Shown here: positions 57,813 through 64,000 of the stretch, in pieces
Numbering within the stretch: the stretch's first letter is position 1
Layout: each line of letters begins with the position of its first letter
NCBI GenBank assembly: GCA_965277805.1
Contig: OZ255842.1
Coordinates: forward strand, 4,544,001-4,608,000
Source: Candidatus Lustribacter sp.
GTDB taxonomy: Bacteria > Vulcanimicrobiota > Vulcanimicrobiia > Vulcanimicrobiales > Vulcanimicrobiaceae
Direction: 5' to 3'
DNA: 64,000 nt
Translations under genes and position numbers: made by a program
Notes under the pieces: generated by a model
Database searches by the model: none
What the model was told of the DNA's origin: nothing
The model's input: only the letters and a program-made list of their open reading frames with translations

Positions 57813-59078
57813 TTACTGATACCAGATCTCGATCACGTACGTTTCCGCTTCGTTCACCGTTAGCGGGCTCAGCAGCGGACCGAGCACGAACGGGCTGAGG
57901 TTCGCCGGCGGTCCGCTGGCGTTCACGATTTCGGCGCTGCTGCACGAACCTTCGGGCGCGATGAGTCCGTAGTACGTTCCGTTCGGTGCGACGCCGGCGA
58001 TTACGGGCGTTACGCTGAACAGATTGCCGCCCGCAAAGCTCCACTCGAAGTTCGTGCCGATCCAGCCGCTGAACTCGGCGCTGTAGATCACGGCCTTCAC
58101 CGCGCCGCTGCCGCCGCTTTCGGCGGGCGGCGTGCAGCCGCTGGGCGCCTGGCCGCCCCAGTACTTGATGTTGACCGACGAACCGTCGCTGCCGCTCAGC
58201 GAGAACAACGCCTCGCCGCTCGGCGAACCCCACGTGATCGTACCGCCGTTGAGCGGAAACGCGGGCGCTGGGGTTGCGCCCACGGTTGCGATTTCGTTGA
58301 CGGCGCCTGCGTTGGTGACGATGACATCGGAGAGCATTCCCGACGCCGGCACTGTGGTTGGTATTTGCGTCGGCGCGCCCGAGTTCGCCGACCCCGTCGG
58401 TTCTGACGACGGTTCGGGTGTCGATATCGCGCTCGAGGTCGGTACGCCCGCCGGCTCAAAGAGCGAGTTCGCCACGACGGCGAGATAGCACGTCGTGTCT
58501 TGATCGAAGCAGGTTGCGAGCAACGTCGCCGCGCTCTCGCCGCCGGTCGGTGACGGCGCGTAGGTCGACTCGGTCGTCGTGCTCTCCGGCAAGCTGTAGG
58601 CGAAGACGGCGAAGTCGCCTTTCTGATCGCGCAGCTCAACGACGACCGACGATGCATTTGCAACGCCGGTCAGCGTGATGGTCGGCGCGGTCACGGTCGC
58701 GTTCGCACCGCTCGCGGTATCGGCGATATTCACGGCCCACTGCTCGAGCGCCGTCGCCGCCGAGGCAGTCTTGCGCCGTGCGGTGCTCTTGCGCCGAGCG
58801 GTCTGCGGTTCCGCCGGCACCGACGATGCTGCGATGTCGGCCGTCACGCCGGCGGGCAGGCCGGCCACCGTAAACGTCAGTTTGCCGCCGACGCCATTGT
58901 TCTCCGGAATGCACAGCGCAACGGTCCCGTTGGCGGGCAGCTCTTCGGGACACGCTGGTGCGCTCGCCGCCGGCACTGCCGATCCGGAACCGGCACTATG
59001 ACCGCCGCCGCCGCATCCGGCCACGATGCCCGCGGCCAGAACGAGAAGAGCGGCCCCGGGCAAGACGCGGCAATTCAT
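57813..59078 (-). CDS. hypothetical lipoprotein, Ser/Thr/Pro/Ala-rich
   Basis: Lipobox IVAGC followed by GGGG, low-complexity linkers and several potentially paired Cys. Confidence 0.7.
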   Translation of the reverse strand: MNCRVLPGAALLVLAAGIVAGCGGGGHSAGSGSAVPAASAPACPEELPANGTVALCIPENNGVGGKLTFTVAGLPAGVTADIAASSVPAEPQTARRKSTARRKTASAATALEQWAVNIADTASGANATVTAPTITLTGVANASSVVVELRDQKGDFAVFAYSLPESTTTESTYAPSPTGGESAATLLATCFDQDTTCYLAVVANSLFEPAGVPTSSAISTPEPSSEPTGSANSGAPTQIPTTVPASGMLSDVIVTNAGAVNEIATVGATPAPAFPLNGGTITWGSPSGEALFSLSGSDGSSVNIKYWGGQAPSGCTPPAESGGSGAVKAVIYSAEFSGWIGTNFEWSFAGGNLFSVTPVIAGVAPNGTYYGLIAPEGSCSSAEIVNASGPPANLSPFVLGPLLSPLTVNEAETYVIEIWYQ

Positions 59079-59110
59079 CCATGCCGCCTTCTACGGCGGC
59101 TCCGTCGTGC

Positions 59111-59494
59111 CTATGCTTTCTTGCGGACCGTCTTTTTGCGGGTGGTCTTTTTGCCGGTGGTCTTCTTGCGCGTCGTGGCGGCTTTCTTCGCCGACTTCTT
59201 GCGATCGGCGGCGGTGCGGCCGGTCTTCGGGCGTGTTCCGAGATCGGACGCTTTCGTTTCCGACATCTCCACGTCGTAGTGTTTGGCCGCTTTTTTGATG
59301 TTGGTGAACGCCAGCGCGCGCTCGTCGGCCGACACGCCCGTAACCTGATCGTAGCGCGCGATCGCGTTGCGAACGTGCTTGGCGTCGGTCATCGGTTCTT
59401 TGCGCTTTTTCGGATACGCGAAGACACTATCGGGCAGCCCTGCGCGGCTGGTGAGTTCGCCGTGCGCTTCGTGAGGTTTCCAGGTCGCTCTCAT
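59111..59494 (-). CDS. DUF6582-like protein with Lys-rich histone-like tail
   Basis: LPDSVFAYPKKRKEPMTDAKHVRNAIARYDQV..VS..ER..A...I.KAA.HY, with tail KKSAKKAATTRKKTTGKKTTRKKTVRKKA. Confidence 0.75.
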   Translation of the reverse strand: MRATWKPHEAHGELTSRAGLPDSVFAYPKKRKEPMTDAKHVRNAIARYDQVTGVSADERALAFTNIKKAAKHYDVEMSETKASDLGTRPKTGRTAADRKKSAKKAATTRKKTTGKKTTRKKTVRKKA

Positions 59495-59503
59495 GCCGGA
59501 ACG

Positions 59504-59530
59504 ATACCCGGCGCGCTACTCCAGCGAAAC
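59504..59530 (-). promoter_or_regulatory. putative SigB/SigF-type promoter (GTTT-N17-GGGTAT)
   Basis: Minus strand GTTTCGCTGGAGTAGCGCGCCGGGTAT, 9 nt before ATG 59494. Confidence 0.6.
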
Positions 59531-61066
59531 GTGCACGGGGCCGGTGCTCGCGCGCTTTTTGGGCAGTACGAACACCAGCGGCAGCAGCACGATTGCGAGG
59601 ACGCCGAGCGCGAACTGGCAGTCGGCGAACGACATCACGCTGGCCTGCTGCAGAACGGTGCCGTAGAGCTGCCCGAGCGAACCGTGGCTGTGGAGAAAGC
59701 GTGCGACCGGCCCGTAGGCGGGCTGCACGAACTGCGCGAGGATCTCTTGGTGAAACGCGTTGCGCTGCGAGAGCAGCGTCACGAGGATCGCGGTCGAGAT
59801 CGAACCGCCGAGTTGCGTTGAGAGGCTCTGGAACGCGGCGGCTTTCGGGATCAACGCCGGCTTGAGGCCGTTGAGCATCGAGATCGAGATCGGGATGAAG
59901 AGCATCGCGAGCCCGATCCCGTTGATGATGTTCGGCAGCACCATCGTGCCGAAGTCGTTTTGCGACGTGGTGATGTTGGCGAACCAGAACTGCGAGAAGC
60001 CGACGAGCGCGAAGCCGATCAGCAACAGGATGCGCGTGTCGACTTTGCCGCCCGTTGCCAATCGTACCGCGAGCGGCGTGAAGAGCGCGATGAACGCCGC
60101 GCGCACGAAGATCAACTCGCCGCTGAGCATCGCGGTGAAGCCGAGGACGCCTTGCGTGTACTGCGGAAAGATGACGATGCCGGCGTAGAGCGTCGACCCG
60201 ATGGCGAACGCCAGTACCGAGCCGGCCGCGACTTGTTTGTAGCGCAGCACGCGCAGATCCACGACGGGGTTCTGCGTGCCGAAGAGTTCCCACGCGACGA
60301 ACGAGAGCAGCCCGAGGCCGCTGATGATTGCCACGGTGAGGATTCGCTGGTCGGAAAACCAGTCGTTCTGCTGGCCTTCACCGAGCACATATTGCAACGA
60401 GCCGAGGCCCACGATCAACAGCCCGAGGCCGACGAAATCCAGCGGCACGCGCCGCGCGTCGTTGGGATTCTTCAACCGCATCAGCATAACGGTGCCCGCG
60501 AAGATGCCCGGCACGAGGTTGATGAAGAACACCCAGTTCCACGAGTAGTTATCGGTGAGCCAGCCGCCGAGTGTCGGACCAACCGCCGGACCGACGATGG
60601 CGCCGATCGAGAAGAGCCCTTGGCTCAATCCGAACTTGCTCTTCGGGAACGTATCGCGCAGTACGGCTTGCGCCGTTGCGATCAAGCCGCCGCCGAACGA
60701 GCCCTGCACGATGCGCCAGAAGATCAGCTCTTGGATCGAGCCCGACGTTCCGCAGAGCATCGATGCGATCGTGAAGCCGATGATCGCGGTGGAATAGTAC
60801 TGCCGGCGCCCGAAACGGATTTGCAGCCACGGCGTGAGCGGGATGACGATGACGGCGGAAATGATGTAGCCGGTAACGACCCACGAACCTTCGTCGAGCG
60901 TCGCGCCGAGGTTGCCCTGAATGATCGGCAGCGCCACGTTCACGATCGTCGTGTCGAGCGTCTGCATCAACGTTGCGGCGATGATCGCCGTCGTCATCAG
61001 GACGAGCGAAAGCCCGCTCTCTATAGTCGGATACTGATTGCCCTCGCCGGGCCGTTGATCTGCCAT
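59516..61066 (-). CDS. DHA2 family (EmrB/QacA) MFS efflux permease
   Basis: LDTTIVNVALP, WVVTGY, RIVQG, GPAVGPTLGGWLT and W.WVFFINL, with 14-TM length. Confidence 0.93.
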   Translation of the reverse strand: MADQRPGEGNQYPTIESGLSLVLMTTAIIAATLMQTLDTTIVNVALPIIQGNLGATLDEGSWVVTGYIISAVIVIPLTPWLQIRFGRRQYYSTAIIGFTIASMLCGTSGSIQELIFWRIVQGSFGGGLIATAQAVLRDTFPKSKFGLSQGLFSIGAIVGPAVGPTLGGWLTDNYSWNWVFFINLVPGIFAGTVMLMRLKNPNDARRVPLDFVGLGLLIVGLGSLQYVLGEGQQNDWFSDQRILTVAIISGLGLLSFVAWELFGTQNPVVDLRVLRYKQVAAGSVLAFAIGSTLYAGIVIFPQYTQGVLGFTAMLSGELIFVRAAFIALFTPLAVRLATGGKVDTRILLLIGFALVGFSQFWFANITTSQNDFGTMVLPNIINGIGLAMLFIPISISMLNGLKPALIPKAAAFQSLSTQLGGSISTAILVTLLSQRNAFHQEILAQFVQPAYGPVARFLHSHGSLGQLYGTVLQQASVMSFADCQFALGVLAIVLLPLVFVLPKKRASTGPVHVSLE

Positions 61067-61158
61067 CCGGCACCTCCGCCGTAAGCGCCATTGTGGACTG
61101 CCCGCTCATTCGCCACAGCGACCGAAGTCGCTTCGGGCACTTGCATTTTGCGCGCGCC

Positions 61159-62001
61159 TTAGCGGAGCAGTGTCCAAAGTCCGGCGGCGATGGCGGCGCC
61201 GGTGAGGGTGGCGGCGAGGTTCACGGCGTCGTTGCTCATCCACGGCAGGCCGCGCCGGCGCACCGTTGCCGTCCCGCAGCCGTGCGGGTCGACCTCGCAC
61301 TCGCGCTGACAGGCCGGACACCAGCGGCGCTCTTGCAGCGTCGCGCCGAGCACGGAGTCGATCGTAGCGCCGCCGATTCCGCCGATGAAGACGGGCAGCA
61401 AGAGCCGGGTCAGGCCGTGCAGCGTGACCGGGGTGCCGGGCAGCGCGAGCAGCAGCGCAACTGGTGCCAGGACCGCGATCAGCACGGCGCCGGCGACTTC
61501 GGCCGCGCTGCCGGGCGCGCTGACGCCGCCGGAGAGTCCGGTCGCGAGCGGCTTGCCGGTCAGGATCGAGCGCGGCGGTTTCGCCGCCAACGTCCCGATC
61601 TCGGTGCCCCACGTGTCGGAAGTAGCCGCGGCGAGGGCGCCGGCAAACGCCGCGAACCAAGCCGACGTTACGATGGCGTGATCGCCGAATGCCCAAATGG
61701 CGATGCACACCGTCGCCACCCCGCCGTTGGCGAGCACCTGCCACGCATCGCGCGCGCCGCCTTTACCGATATCGACGAGTTGGCGTTTGCGCTTCTTGCC
61801 CGCGCGCGAGAGCGCGACCGACGAAACGAAAAACGCCAGTAGCAAGAGCGCGCTGCCGATCGTGCCGGCGGCAAACGTGACGGCACCGACGATGAACGCG
61901 GCCAGCGCGCCGCTGCGCGTGAGCGCGTGCGAACGCAGCGCAGCCAACGCGATGAGCGCGGCAACGAGGGTGCCGCTGATCAGCGCCTCGGCCCCGCTCA
62001 G
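61159..62001 (-). CDS. DUF92 (TMEM19/VTE6-like) membrane protein
   Basis: RDAWQVLANGG, AAATSDTWGTEIG, SGGVS, DSVLGATLQ and NDAVN. Start is uncertain (CTG 62001 overlapping the upstream stop, or TTG 61947). Confidence 0.88.
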   Translation of the reverse strand: MSGAEALISGTLVAALIALAALRSHALTRSGALAAFIVGAVTFAAGTIGSALLLLAFFVSSVALSRAGKKRKRQLVDIGKGGARDAWQVLANGGVATVCIAIWAFGDHAIVTSAWFAAFAGALAAATSDTWGTEIGTLAAKPPRSILTGKPLATGLSGGVSAPGSAAEVAGAVLIAVLAPVALLLALPGTPVTLHGLTRLLLPVFIGGIGGATIDSVLGATLQERRWCPACQRECEVDPHGCGTATVRRRGLPWMSNDAVNLAATLTGAAIAAGLWTLLR

Positions 62002-63497
62002 CGGGTGACACCTTCGAGCGCTTGCAACAATCCCTCGACCGTAAATTCTTCCGCGACGACATCGATGCCGATGCCGAGCTTGTGCGCCGCGGCTGCGGTG
62101 ATCGGTCCGATCGCAGCCACGGTCTTGCTCTCGAGCAGCGTTGCCGCATCGGCCAGGTTGCGAACGAAGCCGTGCACGGTGCTGGCGCTCGTGAAGGTGA
62201 CGACGTCCGCGCGTTCGGCTTTGGCGCGCAGTTCGGGATCATCGACGTAGCGCGTCTTGTAGGCGGCGACGGCGTCGACCGTGCGTCCCGCCGCGCGCAG
62301 CGTATCCGGCAGCACGTCCCGCGCTTCTTGGGCGCGGAACACGAGCACCCGCTCGCCGGGAGCAGTGTGCGTCACCAGCCCCTCGGCGACCGCTTCGTTC
62401 ACGTACGTTTCCGGCGTGAAGTCGACGCGGATGCCGTGCGCACGCAGCGCGGCTGCGGTCTTCGGTCCGATCGCCGCGACCTTCGCATCGCCGAAAGCGC
62501 GCGCATCTTTACCGGCAGCGTCCAGTATGTCGAAGAACGCATCGACGCCGTTGCGGCTCGTGAACACGACCCACGCGTACTCGCGCACGCGCGCCACCGC
62601 GGCGGCGGCCGGTGCGGGATCGTCGGGCGGTCCGATCGCGATGGTCGGTGCGAGGATCGGTTCCGCGCCGGCTTCCCACAACTGCTGCGCGAAGTCGCGG
62701 GCTTGTTTTACGGGCCGCGTCACCAGCACGCGTTTACCGAACACCGGCGTGCGGTCGAACCAGCGGATCGATTCGCGTTCGTTCACGACGTTGCCCACGA
62801 CCACGATCGCGGGTGCGGCGAAGCGCGTGCGTTCGGCGTCGTCAACGATGGTACCGAGCGTTCCCACGAGCGTCTCTTGCGTCGGCTTCGTGCCGTCGCG
62901 CACGATCGCGACCGGCATCGTATCCGGCAGCCCGTGCTTGCGCAATTCACCGATCACGCCGGGGAGCGTGGCCATCGCCATGAGGAAGATCGTCGTCGAC
63001 GCGGGATTCGCCAGCTTGGCGTAGTCGAGGCTGGTATAGCCCTTGAGCGGATCTTCGTGGCCGGTCGATATCGAGAACGACGTGTTGTGATCGCGGTGCG
63101 TTACCGGAATCCCGGCGTAGGCCGGCGCCGCGATTGCCGACGTGATGCCGGGAACGATCTCGAACGGCACGCCGGCGTGGCGCAGCGCTTGCGCTTCCTC
63201 GCCGCCGCGCGCGAAGACGAAGACGTCGCCGCCCTTGAGCCGCACGACGCGCTTGCCTTCACGTGCGAGCTTCACGGTGAGTTCGGTGATTTCGGATTGC
63301 GCGAGCGCGTGCGTGCCGGGGCGCTTGCCGACGTAGATGCGTTCGCACTCGGGCGGGGCGAGGTCGACGATCGATTGCGCGGCGAGATAATCGTAGAGCA
63401 GAACGTCGCAGTTTTGGATCGCGCGGGCACCCTTGAGCGTCAAAAGGCCCGGATCACCGGGCCCCGCTCCAACCAGCCAAACCTTACCCCGGTTCAC
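61998..63497 (-). CDS. cobA: Uroporphyrinogen-III C-methyltransferase / uroporphyrinogen-III synthase fusion (CobA-HemD)
   Basis: VWLVGAGPGDPGLLT, VVRLKGGD and PGITSA, then HemD VLVTRP, VFTSRNGV, AAIGPKT and FTSASTV. GTG start overlaps the hemA stop. Confidence 0.95.
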   Translation of the reverse strand: MNRGKVWLVGAGPGDPGLLTLKGARAIQNCDVLLYDYLAAQSIVDLAPPECERIYVGKRPGTHALAQSEITELTVKLAREGKRVVRLKGGDVFVFARGGEEAQALRHAGVPFEIVPGITSAIAAPAYAGIPVTHRDHNTSFSISTGHEDPLKGYTSLDYAKLANPASTTIFLMAMATLPGVIGELRKHGLPDTMPVAIVRDGTKPTQETLVGTLGTIVDDAERTRFAAPAIVVVGNVVNERESIRWFDRTPVFGKRVLVTRPVKQARDFAQQLWEAGAEPILAPTIAIGPPDDPAPAAAAVARVREYAWVVFTSRNGVDAFFDILDAAGKDARAFGDAKVAAIGPKTAAALRAHGIRVDFTPETYVNEAVAEGLVTHTAPGERVLVFRAQEARDVLPDTLRAAGRTVDAVAAYKTRYVDDPELRAKAERADVVTFTSASTVHGFVRNLADAATLLESKTVAAIGPITAAAAHKLGIGIDVVAEEFTVEGLLQALEGVTR

Positions 63498-64000
63498 TCT
63501 TCTTGCGCGTGAGCGTGCAGGTCGAAGAGTTCGTTGAGGATGTGGGCGTCGGTGAGGGCTTCGGCGCGGTTGACGATCGCCTTGTCGCGGATCTTCGTGA
63601 TCACGCCGTGCAAGAGCTTGGAGATAACGGTAAGCGACATGCCGGTGATCAGCATCCGTTCGCGTTCGCTGAGTTCCGGGCACCGCGCGAACAGGCGCTG
63701 GAGTTCGGCTTCGCGGATCGTCTCCGCGCGCTGCACGAGCGAGCTGATGACCGGCACGGCGACGCGCGCCTGATACCAGTGGTTGAAGCGCTGGGTGTGT
63801 TCGGCGATGATCTCTTCAACCATCGGAATCGCTTCGCGCCGCCGTTCGAGCGTCACGTCGACCACGCCGCGCAAGCCGTCGACGTCGACGACGCTCACAC
63901 CGTCGATCGCGGCCACATCGGGATCGCAGTCGCGCGGTACTGCGATGTCGACGATGAACAGCGGGCGCTGCGGGCGCGCTTCCATCGCCTTCGTCACGTC
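63494..64000 (-). CDS. hemA: Glutamyl-tRNA reductase, C-terminal part (5' truncated by window edge)
   Basis: RPLFIVDIAVPRD, AETIREAEL and KLLH dimerisation-domain pattern. Confidence 0.92.
   Translation of the reverse strand, partial: DVTKAMEARPQRPLFIVDIAVPRDCDPDVAAIDGVSVVDVDGLRGVVDVTLERRREAIPMVEEIIAEHTQRFNHWYQARVAVPVISSLVQRAETIREAELQRLFARCPELSERERMLITGMSLTVISKLLHGVITKIRDKAIVNRAEALTDAHILNELFDLHAHAQEE

Noticed and set aside
1..64000. CRISPR arrays, tRNA/rRNA, integrase/transposase, prophage or known defence genes
   Set aside because: None were recognisable by eye. No regularly spaced repeats or hallmark motifs were seen.

Overview
A gene-dense, GC-rich bacterial chromosomal window with about 60 CDSs. 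No tRNA, rRNA, CRISPR array, transposase or prophage is recognisable. A TamB-like protein (diderm), a Firmicutes/Actinobacteria-type LexA box, SigB/SigF-like promoters and many orphan solute-binding proteins suggest a diderm Terrabacteria soil lineage such as Eremiobacterota/Vulcanimicrobiota; this is inference only. Core genes are rpsO-pnp, mdh, ilvE, rocF, fni, polX, a nicotinate phosphoribosyltransferase, hemA-cobA/hemD, a nucleoside ABC system and a PaoABC/YagTSR-type molybdoenzyme. The most notable observations are: (1) an orphan SOS-controlled imuA-like gene with a perfect LexA palindrome inside a TTGACA-17-TATTAT promoter, next to a lower-GC islet where imuB/dnaE2 would be expected; (2) a stand-alone PaaA-like di-iron protein in an operon with an SDR, a thioesterase and a binding protein; (3) a GAF-GGDEF-STAND ATPase-TPR fusion; (4) a recurrent G(G)TT(T)-N15-17-GGGTA promoter that may define a general-stress regulon; (5) a UbiD split by a frameshift and a DsrE-like gene apparently broken by an internal deletion; (6) GTCA-type REP-like palindromes and a structured S15 leader. 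All product calls come from recognising motifs by eye; no database search was run.
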